Assembly (NCBI RefSeq): GCF_030144855.1
Contig: NC_082722.1
Coordinates: 20,956,001-21,020,000 of the forward strand
Reading direction: 5' to 3'
Length of the DNA stretch: 64,000 nucleotides
Source of the DNA: Hypanus sabinus
Lineage: Eukaryota
Shown: positions 35,340 through 49,145 of the stretch, piece by piece
How positions within the stretch are numbered: position 1 is the first letter of the stretch
Layout of the letters: the number at the start of each line of letters is the position of its first letter
Translations under genes and position numbers: made by a program
Notes under the pieces: model-generated
What the model was told of the DNA's origin: nothing
Seen by the model: the letters and a program-made list of their open reading frames with translations, nothing else
Databases searched by the model: none

Positions 35340-36480
35340 CGCCTGTCAATAATTCAATTAAGGTAAAATATTTTTTGAAGATTTCCGTTTATATTCAATG
35401 CCTGATGCTTCTTGTATAAGTGTCCAAGAATAATCTGCCAGCATTGATGGATTCCAGCTGCTTTGATACTGTTTTTTCATATCAGCAATCTCCTTGTGAA
35501 TCCATTCATCATGCTCGTTACGAGCGGCACCAATATCTGCATAGAAGAAGTCTAAAAGGGAATGCAGAAAATGAAGTTTTACTGACGTTCTGTACTTCAT
35601 GGTTTTGTATGCTAGAAGTATGTTGTCAAGCAGCTGCACGTAGTTTGATTCTCTGTAACTGTCAATAATTTTTCAAGCACATCCTTGCATGCCTTCCACC
35701 TGTATTTCTCCAGGGCCAATAGATGTTCTTCGAATGGGCTGCCATTGATGACTTGTTTGATATGCGGAGCAACAGAAAATGCCTTCCTTAATTTTGGAGT
35801 CAGTTATTCTGTGGAAGATCTCTCAAATATCGAAAACATCCACGGAAATTCTTGTACCTGGAGAGAACAGATTTCATCCTTGTAGTTTTGAATTCACTGA
35901 TTCTGCTTTTCACTTTTACAAACACAAGTCTCTGACCAAGTCATTTAACTCAGATTGAGTATCACAAGAGGCAATGTCGACTTTAAGAGTTCAAAACGTG
36001 TATTGGTATCAGTGCCGTTTTCCCATTCCTGCCTGTCTCACATTGTCATCTTCCTCTGCCTCCTCTACACTCCATGTCTCTGGTGGCTTCAGTACTGCAA
36101 GATTATCATCGTGTGGGACAGGTCTCGATGCTGAAAGGAGATATCGGTGTTCACTCGATTTCTTGTTTATAATAGAGAAACCAGCCGCACTGGTCAGATA
36201 GAACTCGCTCTCGCTATATCATCAGTACCACGAATGCTATTGTCTTCCGACTAACACTGAGCCAAACTCTCAGATCGATAACGCCTGTTGAGCAACAAAT
36301 ATGTAGAGCCCAGGCATTGAGTTGGTCGCCAATCTGCACTCAATGTAGAATTCATAATTTCTTTAATAGAATTTCTTAATAAGAAGAGTCAGAGTTTGAT
36401 ATTTAAGCTTATACTCGCCACAAGTATAACAGAAAGCATCGCAGTTGATGCAACATTGGTGATACCTCTTGCTTTCACAA
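35340..36480 (-). mobile_element. Degenerate DNA transposon, Chapaev3-like transposase
   Basis: Fragments DAFCYTCGEY, SASRPVPHDDNLAVLKPP, KLHFLHSLLDFF and MKKQYQSSWNPSMLADYSWTL lie in the order recalled for Chapaev3; family assignment is from memory. Confidence 0.7.
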
Positions 36481-37899
36481 ATAATACTGAAAATAAAACA
36501 ACTTGATTATCACGAATACACACAATCTGCTCTGCCCGCCGAGCGTGCACATGAACATGAGCACTGACAGATGTACTTTACAACGCAACACAAAGAACAG
36601 AGTGTGCGTGATGCTTTTATAATCTTTCTAAAACCTGTCCTCCCATGCAGCACCAGCCCTGCCTAATGCCCCGAATAGAAGAAAACTATTCAGCTTACAT
36701 CGTGGGCAACCGTTTAATTTACTTGAAATCTGAATTGAAATATCAAATATAGGCGATTTAAAAAATGGTACGTGATATGGGAACTTCACAGTGACTTTCA
36801 TAATCAGTAGCACACAATCCATAAGACAAACCGAGAAGAATTCAAGATGCAAATTCTTTGTTGTCCAGTGAACTCGGAGGGTAGGTGGCGAACAGATGTG
36901 CCGTGGAGCCGAGAGGCAGAAGAAGATGGGACGGGGAGAGACACAGTATACTAGGGTTTACCTACACTAGCGAATTTGGTATCCATGATCTTGTAGTGTG
37001 GATTATGAAAGCTGAATATGAAGCCACAGACATGCCACGGTATGTAACCTTTGTTGCAAAACATTTGGTATATGACAAGAAAGCTGTGCTGCAGCAAGGC
37101 AAAATGACTCGGTTTAGCCACAATTGAGAACCATTTTGATATTTTTCAATGTTATGTTTTTTCTCAGAGAAAGTACAATGAAACTTCTCTAAATTGGGTC
37201 AAGCGGCATTTATGGAGGGAAGTGAACAGTCGAAGTTTCGTGTCCAGACTCTAACTCGGAACTGGAAGGAATCAAAGAAGGACCAGAGATGGACAGTATT
37301 ATTAGGTCAGGAAAAGGTTAGAGAAAGTTTTGAGAGTAATAGATGGATCGAGGTGAGGAAGTGATTAGCATCACTCTCCTAAGTCACTATGATCTTCCCT
37401 CTGCACACTCACGATTTATGAGACTAAGTTCCTCGCTCACGATCATGGCTGGGTTAATCAGAAACTCAGATTCTGCTTTCCTTTTTCTCTGCAACTTGCA
37501 TCGCTATAAATCAGCTTTACTTTGTCTCTATTCGGTTGCTTTCTAAAATTCTCCAGCAGACTACTGATGTGACTTACGCAATGTAATCTAAATGCTGGAA
37601 TAGTGAAGAAAATCATACTTCAAATCTCGTTCTGGTAGCATGCGAGATGCGTTCAACTAATGAATCAACGAATCGTATGAATAATTGTGCCCATGACTGA
37701 GGTCCAGCACTATCGAACACTGGAATGGACCCAGCAGATCATCGCTGCCATCCATAATTTAATATGAGAAAGCTGTATTCCCTCTAATTCTCGTTTAGCC
37801 AAACCAAGTATTTCATCTGCTCGAGTGAATAAAGTTTTTTTTTATTATTGGCCTAGCAAATCGGACAGTGCTTAAACAGGACTCCGACGAAATATAGGA

Positions 37900-40800
37900 A
37901 GCGAACAGATGGCTTCCCGATCCAGGGATGAACCGAACTAGTGATTCGAAAAAGGTGTAGGGATCTATTTCATGATAAACGGTGCTTCTCCGATGTGGCA
38001 GTTTTCTCGTGATCTTGCTCGTCCAAACTTGAACAGCTGACGATCAAACGCCGGCAGTTTTACTTGCCAAGAGAGTTCTCCTTCATGATCTTGACCGCAG
38101 TTAACATGCCAACATCGTCCGACTGAGATACTGCATGATGCCATTGCCAAAGAGGTAACAGTTCATCTCGACGCATTTAAGGTCATCGTCGTGGAATTCA
38201 ATAAGGCTTGTTTGAAGAAATGTCTGCCCAATTACCCTCAGCATATGACCTTTAGCACCAGAACACCAGACACACTAGATCACTTCTACTGTATAAAAAG
38301 AGAAGAAATGCCTACACTTCCAAAATCAAAAGCCACATCTGACCACTTGACTGTCGTTCTCCTACCTGCAGAGAGGCAAAAGTAAACGAGCAAGGATCCA
38401 GAGAATAGAACAACAAAAAGATGATCCCGGGAGGCAGTGGAACTGCCACGGGATTGGTTCGAGTCGGTGGACTGGGCTGTGTTCAAAGTCTCGTCTACGA
38501 AACTGAATGTTTGTAGGGTTCTTACAGACGTGTAAAAAAAAACAGTTGTAGACAGTGAGTCCAAGACGCCTGGATGAACCATGGCATCTGCAGTTTGCTG
38601 AGGTCAGATCACAGGCATCCAGACAGGCGACAAAGCAAGTTATAAAAGGTCCATAAAGGCATATCACGTGCGAAGTGACAATTTCAGATTAAACTTGAAT
38701 GAATGAAGGATGCCCAACAGTTCCGGCTGGGTTTGAATTCTACCAAAGTGGAATCAAACCAGAAAATCTGCAGATCCTGAAAATCTGAAGCCACACACAA
38801 AATATGCTGGGAGATCTCAGCAGGCCAGGTGGCATTTATGTAACAGAATAATCAGTTGACTACTTGGTCCGAGATCCTTCTTCAAAACTGGAAAGAAAGG
38901 GGAAGAAGTCAAAATAAGAGGGTGGGAAGAAACCATGTTTCAGGATGGTCTTAACGATCTCCATGTCTTCCTGGACAACAGACCCAACCAGGTGCATTGT
39001 CCTGTGTCTGGCAGATCTGGAACTCATCTTCAACAATTTCTCTTTGGGATCCTCTGACTTCCTTGAAACCCAAGGTGCAGCTATGGGCAATCGCATGAGT
39101 TCCAGCAATGCCTGATTTTTCGTTGACCATGTGCAACAGACAATGTCCCAATATTACACCAGCATGGCTGCCGAACTCTTTCAACGTTGCATTGACGACT
39201 GTTTTGCTGCTGCTTCTTGCACCCATACAAAGCTCATCCATTTCAGCAACGTTGCCTCCAACGTCTATCCTGGCCTCAAATTTTTCGGTTTCTGAAATAT
39301 GTCTCCCCTTTCTCGATATCTGTCTCAATCGCTGAAGACAGTCTAACTATAAACACATTCACTATCACAGCTATCTGGACTACACCTCTTCCCACACTGT
39401 CACTTGCAAAAATACATCTGCACTCATGATGAGGCTCTCCATTCCAGTACTATTGGGATGTTCTCCTTCTTCACGGAAAGGAAATTTCTTTCTTGCGCCA
39501 TCAACACTGCCCTCACCAGCGTCTGCTCCATTTCGCGCCATCCTCCCACGCCCACACAGGGATATGATTCCTTTTGCTCTCTGGTACCATCTCACTGCCT
39601 CCGCATCCAGCATACCATTCTATGTAACTGCCACCATTTCCAACAGGATCCCACTACCATGCATAACTTTCCCTAATCCCCACAGCCCACCCCCCCCCCC
39701 GACTATCCGCTCTCCGCAGGGCGTCCCTATGCAAATACTTTGTCCACTCGTCCCACACAACTGACCACTCTCCAGGCACTTAGTCTTTCAAGCAGAACAA
39801 GTGCCAAACTTGCCCATACACTTCCTCCCTTAAGACCACTCAGGGCCCCAAACAGTGAGACGGCACTTCAATAGTCATCCCATTGGTGTTACCTACTGTA
39901 TCCGGTGCTCCCAGCGTGAAATTCTGTTTTTCGGTGAGACCCGACGTAGAATGGGAGAGTGCTTCATCAAGTACCTTATTCCCGTCTGCCACAGAAAGTA
40001 AGATTTCTCCGTGGCCACTCATTTCAACTTTACTTCCCATTCCCATTCCGACATTTTAGACCATGTCATCGTCTAATGCCACGATCAGGGCGCACTCAGG
40101 ATGGAAGCCCAACACCTTATATTTCCTCTGGTTAGACTCCAACCTGATGGGATCAACTTCTCATAATTCCTCCCCTTCCCCCAACCCATCACTTCCCATT
40201 CTAGTTTCAGTCTCTCACTTTATCTGCCAATCACGTCCCTCTGGTGATACTCTTCCTTCCCTTTCTTCCATCCTCTCCAATCAGGTGCCTCCTTCTCCAA
40301 CTCATCAGTTCTTTTAAGAATCAACATCCCAGCCCTTCACTTCTCCTCCTCCCTGTCTCTGGGATCCACCTATCACCTGCCACCTTGAACGTCGACTATT
40401 TCCGCTTTTATCATAGATGGTGCCTGCTTTGCTGAGTTCCTCCAGCATTTTGTGTGTGTTGCTTTGAAATCAAGTGACAAAGGTAACAATAATGCTTCGC
40501 GGCTAGATGAGCTAAATGTCTTCTATGCTTCCCGTGATCGTAAAACAATGAGGAACCATCACAAACTCCCACAGACCCCGATGGTTCTGTGATTTCGGTC
40601 TCTGACACCACTTGACAGCACCCTTTCGGACAGTGAACCCATGGAAAACAACCGGCCAAGATGGGATACTTCCCGAGAACTAAAGAACTGTGCTGATCAA
40701 TCTGAGGTGCTCTTCGGCTTCAAGCAGTCTGCGATTATACCGGTGCTTAAGAATAACGTGGAACCTGCTATCTTCCTGTAGCACTTCGATCCAGAGTGAG

Positions 40801-41281
40801 AAAATGTTTAGAAAATTTTGCAATATAGCATTTGCACTGTTGCCTTATACGAGACATAGATCCGTCTACCTTGCCTACTGTTACGACAGATTTACAGCTG
40901 GTGCTATTTCATTGGCTCTTCAATCAGCCTGGAATATCTGTATACATCAGAATGCTGCTTATCGAATCAGCTAGGAATACAATACTATCATCTCCTCAAA
41001 ACTAACCAATTAGCTTGAAGATTTTAGCTCCAATGCCCGTTTCAGCAATTTATTCTACGATTTCCTCAGTTGAAGACCGCGGTAAATACAGATTGACAGG
41101 AACATCTCCTCCACAAGCTCCATCAGCACAGCTGCCCCACAGCTGTGTGGCTAGGCACAGCTCCAAAACAGATTTAATAGTTCCGAGGACACATTGTGGT
41201 GGGCCAAATCAAATGTGGAGACCAATTCCTATGTAGAAGGTAGATTTAAAATCTGTCTGCGTGGTGCCAGAGCAAAAAAAA

Positions 41282-41315
<34 letters not shown>

Positions 41316-41520
41316 AATAAAAATAAACTCAAGAAGAGGAACGAGATGATTATTCACTTCAAGAGGAAGAAACCGGAGGTCCATGAGCCAGTCCTAATCG
41401 GGAGATTAGAGCTTGAGAGGGTTAGCCACTATTAATTACTCAATGTTATCACTTCAGAGGACCTTTCCTGGTTACGATGATAGCATGGCAGCGCATTTGC
41501 TTTCTCGGAGTTTGCGAAGA
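37900..41520 (+). mobile_element. Rex1/Babar-like LINE (about 37900-38750 and 40470-41520) split by a Penelope-like element
   Basis: Endonuclease-type part (FNKACLKKCLPNYPQH, TLDHFY) continues into the RT part after the insert; (GATA)n at about 41283-41312. Confidence 0.65.
38760..40460 (+). mobile_element. Degenerate Penelope-like retroelement
   Basis: RT similarity (LNNFSF, QG-AMG-RM), GIY-YIG-type 3' region, and terminal repeats of the same family as the hammerhead repeats. Confidence 0.8.
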
Positions 41521-41939
41521 ACCGGCGTAACATCTACAGCTTTGCCTTACTGCAAAAATATAATACTTACTTAAAAATATAATATATTTTTTCTCAGCTC
41601 ATGCTGGTGAAACCTGAGTTATGGCACGAGGCAAACACACTGAGTTCCCAATTGTTAAGAATATTCAGACTATTCCAGTGGTGTTTAGTATTGTGCTTTG
41701 AGAAGATCTACATAAATTTTGCTGTATACATCGAACTGTTTGATGATCCTGTGTTGTGGCAGTGGAATGATACGACTTGTAGATATTAGTATTTGGACAG
41801 TATATCTCTTTCATATTCCATAGTTTTTCAATTTCCTTTTTTCAATCGGGCAGATTTCTGGATTTATTCAGTTAAGTGAAAAATAAGTTTTTCACTTATT
41901 GTGTGCTGGCAGTGGTTATATCTTTCAAGGAAGATGTCC

Positions 41940-42150
41940 TTACTTATTCATCCTGTAATCTATCCGCACAGATAAAGGATTGTCCAATCTCTGATACCTT
42001 TGTCTCTGCCACTCTGCGAACTGTTCTATGATGTTACACACTGTGAAGGTCTTATCAACACAGGCTCTGTTTCTCTTGAAGCCTCCTTGCTCTTTCCTCA
42101 AACACACATCTCCAGCATCTGAATCCGTTGGGCAATGACGAAATTTACAC
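41940..42150 (-). mobile_element. RTE-type LINE fragment
   Basis: EQGGFKRNRACVDKTFTVCNIIEQFAEWQ. Confidence 0.6.
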
Positions 42151-42709
42151 AACAGTCAGATAAAACTACGAAGGGGATCTAAGTTCTGTAATAATAGATA
42201 GATCGTAATATTATTTGCGTGACTCTGACTCTAAAACAGGACCAAGCTTGTATTGGTCCTGTTTTAGGACCAAGCTTGTTCTTTTATCAGGTTGTATTTT
42301 AAAGCAAGATTTTAGTGAACAGTGTTTGCCATTTCATTGTGCCAGTGCAAGTAATCAGATTGAGTTAAACTGCTGCAGGATCCCGTAATATGGTCGATTG
42401 TTTCTGTTACAATTTTCTGTTAAAATGTTTTACAATTATCAGCTTGAATTTGTTGGTTTTTAATATTTTTTTGCTAATTGCTGCTGTTAACCACCTGTTA
42501 CTGCATGTCATATGAATATGAATGGAAAGAACGCACGGCTGTGACACATGGATGTTCGAACGCGTGGTTCGAAGAAGACTACTATAAACCTGCGTCAATG
42601 AAGTTACAAAAGGTAACTTATTCGATCTCTGGAAAGCAGACTGTAAGCAAACTGTGCAAATGCCGATATAAATAAGCAACAATACATAACGAGCATGAAC
42701 TAACAATGT

Positions 42710-43620
42710 AGCAGAAGTCTTAAATGAGTGTAGCTATCCACTTTGTTGAAGAGCCTGAATGTTGAGCGGTTGTATCTGTTCTTGAATCTGATGGGACGTG
42801 TCCGAAGACACTTGTACCTTCATCCTGATATCAGCAGCGAGAAAAGAGTATGCCGTCGGTGATGAGGATCTTTGATGATTGATGCTGCTTTACTACGGCA
42901 GCGTTTCATGTAGATGTGTTCAGCGGTCGGGAAGGTTTTACCGTAATGTCCTGCAACGAATCCAATATTTTTGTAGCATCTTACGATCAAAGGCATTGGT
43001 GTTCCCTGACCAGGCTGGAATAGAGCCAGTCAGCACACTTTCACCACATATCTATTCAGGTTTGCCAAGGCCATCGATAACATGCCGAACCTCCTTAGCA
43101 AGTGAAGGCGCTGTCGTGCTTTCTTCGCTATAAAATTTATATAATGAGCCGTGGACAAGTCCTATGAGATACTGACATCTGGAAAGTTAAATTTACTGAC
43201 CCTCTCCAGCTCTGCTCCTCCGATGATTACTGGCTCTGGTCCTCCAGTTTCCGTCTACTGAAGACTACAGTCAGTTTCTTGGTCTTAATGACATTGAGTG
43301 AGAGGCTGTTGTTATTACAGCACTCAACCAAGTTTTCAATATCCCTCCTGTATGCTGATTCGTCAGCGTACTTGTAGATGGCGTTGGACCTGGACATAGT
43401 TACGCAGATGTAGATCTAAAGCGAGTGGAGCAGGGGGCTACGTATGCATCTCTGCGGTGACCCTGTGCTGATGGAGATTGGGGAGGAGATGTTTTCGCAA
43501 TCCGAACAACACTAATGCTCGCGTCTGCAATGAAGAAATCCAGGATCTAATTGCACAAGAGTGCGAGTTTTTAGGGTTTACTGTTTGGTTTCGCGGGATA
43601 GATGGTGTTAAATACCGTGC
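42710..43620 (-). mobile_element. Degenerate Rex1/Babar-like fragment
   Basis: Antisense similarity to the 3' RT region of the element at 40900-41520. Confidence 0.5.
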
Positions 43621-44769
43621 TGTAATGTACATCTCCGGAAAATAAATATAAAGGAGGGAGATAAGTCTGCAGATGAATAGACCCGAGGCATTACGTCTGG
43701 TGGACTGAGCGCAGTATTGCTTTGCTAATTCACAGTATTATCCCTGCTGCCATCAGGAAGGAAATACAACAGCCTCAGGTCCAAGACCACCAGGTTTAGG
43801 AACAATGATTAACTTCAACCATCAGGCCTCTAACTAACGTGGGTAGTTTCACTCTTCTCGATACTGAACTGATTCAATAAACGATGGACTTGCTTTCAGT
43901 TACTTCACAACTCATGGTTTTAGCATATTTCCTGCCTACTTATTTATGATTATTACAATTTTCTGTATTTGCACAGTTTGTCTTCCTCTGCACATTGGTT
44001 GTTCGTCAGATTTGTATGTGTTTTTTTCATTGAAAACGTTGCATTTTTGTTGCGCTGCGAATGCCCGCAAGAAAATGTGTCTCGTGGTATTAAATGGTGA
44101 CAAATACGTACGTTGATGTTAAGTTTGCTATGAACGCTGAACGTCAATTTAAGGAATGGTGCAAATACATTGGATACAGTTCTGCGTGATGGTATATAAG
44201 AATGATCCGCAGGGGCGTGTAGTCAGTTAAGGCTTGTCGGCAGGGCTACATTTGTATCTGCTGAAGTACAGAAACGGAAAAGTGGTATCGATTGATATGT
44301 ATTTGATCCTGAGGGCTCTGAACGAGGTAGCTATGAAAGGTTTATATGCCCATATGATGAAACATAAATTACTCTCAGTGCTTCGTGTCTTGGATGTCTC
44401 TTCCTGAAACAAAACATTGAAAGATATATTTTTGTGTGATTTTAATATTGACAATAAAGTCTGCTCAAGAGGCAGGAAGTCGAACCTTACTGTCATGGGC
44501 GGGGTAGTAATTTGATGTTACCGTCAGATCAGTAGCAATTTTGTTGAATGGCGGAACATGTCGAGTTGCCAAGTGTCCTACTTCTGCTAAGTTGTTTTCC
44601 CAGTAGTCTGCAGACTTTTAAGATTCCAGATATGTCTTTGAAATCGCCATCTTATTAGAAGGTAAGCACCTTTCTCTTTTGTGTCACCTCTAACAACTCG
44701 CTGCAGCCAGGCACATTAAAAGGCCACGAATTTTGCCTCAATGGCAAAGCTGCATTGTTCGAATAATTA

Positions 44770-45310
44770 GTTATATACTCATTGGCTATTTTATTAGGTG
44801 CACCTGCATACCTGCTCGTTAATGCAAATATCTAGTCAGACATATAGACATAAAAACAGACAGACATGGCCAAAAAGGACAGTTGCTGCTCGGACCAAAC
44901 ATTTGAATGTGGAAGATATGCAAGCTAAGTGACTTTGACCGTGGAATTATTCTTGGTGCCTGACTGAGTGATTTAATATCTCAGAAACTGTTGTTTGCTT
45001 TGCAACTTCATGTACAACAGTCTCTAAAGTTTAAAGAGAATGGTGCGAAAAAAATGGGAAAACCATCAAGTGAGTGACAATTATTTAAGCGAAAGTTCAT
45101 AGTTAACGTGAGAGTCCAGAGGAGACTGGCTAGACTGGTTCACGCTGACAGGAAGGTGACAATAAACACGTGTTACAGCAATGGTGTACAGAAGAGTATC
45201 TCTGAAAGCATAAAATGTCGAACCTTGTAGCAGATGGGCTGCAACAGCAAAAGATTCCGAACATACAAAAATACACTCAGTGGCCACTTTATTGGATACT
45301 TCATCTAGTT
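44770..45310. mobile_element. Tc1/mariner-derived non-autonomous fragment
   Basis: cactcagtggccactt-type terminal sequence and a gactttgaccgtgg Tc1 N-terminal remnant. Confidence 0.55.
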
Positions 45311-46339
45311 AATAAATTTGTCACTGTGATTATCGTGTCTATGGATGCGAATTCATTTTCCTACTGATGCAGTTCATCTAAATGTTAGGCAGACTTCACT
45401 GGGGGCATGCATCTCCTACGCATGCTGTTCAGTTACTCATTGGTCAGCTGATACCTAAAGGCCATTTATTTTTAACAATGATGGATATGAACAGATTGTC
45501 TTCATTTTCCATACCTAGATTGGGACTTGCGGTCCATTTTATTTTCAGAACACGTGGACTATTTATTTTACTAATGGAATCAGGGATGCAGCTTAAATAT
45601 TCCTGCTCCATTTCAGCATGTATCGATTATTCAAGGACAGTGATGTTTCCAACAGTTATGTTTTCTTGATTTTCTCTTTAGTTTGTGCTACCGTAGACCA
45701 GTTCGTAGCAAAACTGCACTAACGCGATTCCTTTGCTTGCATCTTCGGAAAAAAGTGCTAGTTCCATCCATAATATCTCATTTTTCCTTTTCAAGTTTCC
45801 TTTGCAGACCCTGACTTTTAGTTACTCGCGGACATCGGTTCTCTGTGGAAATGGGACCCGCTCTCCTGGCCTCACGAGCGTCCGCATTTAGATTTGCCGA
45901 GCACAGGGGTGAAAGACCCCCGTGCTGTCAGGATAACGTATTTTGGTGGCTCTCGAAACGAGCTAATTTGAGGCCGCTGCCCCCACCTGATGTGTGGTGG
46001 GTGTACACAGAAAATCGAAAGCCGTGAGTTGGCTGATGACTCTATGTCCAGAGACCACAGTTCTTTGGACACAGAGCTCGGAAAACGCGTGGCAACAGAC
46101 GTTTAACACCATGAATCAACGAGGTGTTTTGTTATGTCTCCGCTCCCGCTGTGAAACGTGGACATAATTTTTTTCCGTTATAAAGGACGGAGAGAGCACG
46201 CGGTATGTGGAAAGCCGGGAGGACGAGTAGCCTTTGGGGTACTGCAAGTCTATGTCTCTTTCGTTTGTTTTTTTTTTTTTGAAGATTTGCTGCACGCTTG
46301 AGTGCTGGGTTGAGGATGCAGATGCTTTTCTATCGTTGG

Positions 46340-48540
46340 AGTTGGAAGGGCGGTCGTTGCTTAACCCTTTATTTTACTAAGCTGCATGTATCTTTCTAAA
46401 AGCCTCTTAAAAGACCCTGTCGTATAAGCCTCCACCAGCGTTGCTGGCAGCACATTCCACTCACTCACCACTCCCTGTGTAAGAAACTTACCCCTGACAT
46501 CTCCTCTGTACCAAGACCCCAGCACCTTAAACCTGTGACCTATTGTGGCAACCAGTTCAGCCCTGGATATAAGCCTCTGACTCTCCACACGATCAATGAC
46601 TTTCAACATCTTGTACACCTCTGTCAGGTCACCTCTCATCATCCCTCCCTCCAAGGAGAAAAGGCCGAGTTCACTCAACCTATTTCATAAGGCATCCTAC
46701 CCACACCAGGCAAGATCCCTGTAAATGTCCTCTGCACACTTTCTATGGCTTCCACATCCTTCCCGTAGTGAGGTAACCAGAAATGAGTACAGTACTCCAA
46801 GCAGGGTCTGACCAGGGTTCTATATAACTGCAACTTACCTCTCGGCTCCCAAATTCAAATCCACGATTGATGAAGGCCAATACACCAGACGTCTTTTTAA
46901 CCACAGAGTCAACCTGTGCAGCTGCTTTGAGCGTCCTATGGACTCGGCCACCAAGGTACCGCTGATTATCTACACAGTCCAGAATCTTACCTTTAAAAAC
47001 TATACTCTGCCTTCATATTTGGCCTACCAAAATGAACCACTTCATACTTATTGGGGTTGAACACCGTCTGCCACTTCTCAGCCCAGTTTAGCATCTTATC
47101 AATGTCCCGATGTAACCTCTGACAGCCCTCCACAATATCCACAACACTTCCAACGTTGTGTCATCAGCAAACTTACTAACCCATCCCTCCGCTTCCTCAG
47201 CCAGGCGATTTATAAATATCACGAAGAGTAAGGGTCCCAGAACAGATCCGTGAAGCAGATCACTGGTCACCGACCTCCATGCAGAATATGACCCGTCTAC
47301 AACCACTCTTCTATGAGCCATCCAGTTTTAGATCTACAAAGCAATATCCCCATGGATCCCATTCTTCCTTACTTTCTCAATAAGCCTTACATGTGTTCAA
47401 TTCTGCTCACCTCATTATAGGAAAGATGTGGAAGCTATGGAGAGGGTACAGAGGAGATTTAACAGAATGTTGCCTGGGTTTGGAGAACAAGTCATATGAA
47501 GCAAGGTTAGCAGAGCTGGGACTATTCTCTTAGGAGCGTAGAAAATGCGAGGGGTCTTGTCAGAGGTCTACAAGATTATGAGAGGCATAGATAGGGTGGA
47601 TAGTCAGTACCTGTTTCCCAGGACACCAATAGCAAACACCAGAGGGCATTTGTACAAAATTAAGGGAGCGAAGTTTAGGGGAGACATCAGGGGTAAGTTT
47701 TTTCACAGAGGGTTGTGAGTGCCTGGAATGACTTGCCAGGGACGGTGCTGGAGGCTAAAACATTAGGAGTATTTAAGAGCCTCTTGGACAGGCACATGGA
47801 TGAAAGAAAAATGGAGGGTTATCGGGTAGTGTGGTTCGATACCTTTTTTAAGGATTATATGGGTCGGCTCAACATGGAGGGCTGAAGGGCCTGAACTGTG
47901 CTGTAGTACTCCATGGTTCTAACTGGTACCTTATCAAATGCTTTGCTGAAACAATACCATACTTCTCATACAATACTTCTACTGCCCTTCCTTCATCAAC
48001 GTGTTTAGTCATATCCTCAAAAAATTCAAACAGTCTCGTACGGCACGACCTGCCCTTGTCAAAGCCATGCTGCCTAATCTTAATCATATTATACCTCTCC
48101 AAATGTTCATAAATCTTGCCTCTCAGGATTCTGTCTATCAACTTCCCTAGTAAAGTTATTGATCCTTTGCTTTTGCTAACCTCCACCCACAGAGACTCCG
48201 CAGACAATCCCTCTATGGCGTCCACCTTTTCTGCAGTTGTGACACAATCTCTGATCAACAGTGCCATGCCCTCAGCTATTTTCCCTCCCTCCTTGTACTT
48301 TCTGAAACATCTAAAAACGGGACTTCAAGTAACCAGTGCTGACCGTAGGCCCTCTAAGTCTCTGTAATGGCCACCACATCATATCTCCTACTACTGATCC
48401 ACGCTCTGCGCTCATCCGCTTTATTCACAACACTCCTTGCTTTAAAATAGACACATCTCAAGCGTTCGGTCTGAGCGCGTCTGATCTCGATTATCCGCCT
48501 GTTCTGTTCGCTTGCACTGTCTGCAAGCTTTCTCTATTTG
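46340..48540 (-). mobile_element. CR1 LINE (minus) with a nested plus-strand CR1 3' end at about 47397-47920
   Basis: The host sequence aagccttacatgtg..ggtaccttatcaaatg is contiguous in the copy at 4356-4390. Confidence 0.85.
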
Positions 48541-49145
48541 TGAGCTAACCTCCTCTTCCCCAGTCTCTTCCATTCCGTTCTCGCTTTTGTTCTCGTTTTT
48601 GTTCGCACTTTCAACACCAAAAGCAGTCGATTATTCGTTGGCCGGAGGCACTTCCAACCTAACGGTCGGCTCAAGGAAGGAGTAAATGATACTTCGAAAT
48701 TCACTATTGTCCCTCCTGAACCTAACTACGTTTAAATCAAACTAACAATATTTTGGACCTATTTTCAGTCATAGCTCGCGTTCCGGAAGTTTGCTTCGAT
48801 TTTCAGCTTTTCGTCCTCTTTAGAACAAGTACATATGCGTATGTTGTAAGTTCCTGTTTCTGACTAAATGCAGATGCAATTTTGATACTGAGAAGGTGCA
48901 GAGAGGCCGAGGCGAACGTGTTAATCTCGTAAATTGTGACCTGTGAAAGTCAGTCATATTGTTCATTATCCTGCGGCTGCAGAGGCGCCCGAGTCTGAAT
49001 GAAGGCGGTTGCATGTGTATCTGTCTCTCATTGTTCTATTTCTGATTTTCCATTCGGGCTGAAAACTTGCGCTACGGTCTATCTCTCACGCACAGAGCAA
49101 TGCGATGCTAATGTTGCAAATGGTTATTTTAATTATCACCGATGG

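Noticed and set aside
45410-45660. Minus frame GNITV..YLSCI..KIKWT resembling an Ig V start
   Set aside because: Internal stop, no acceptor, no DxGxYxC.
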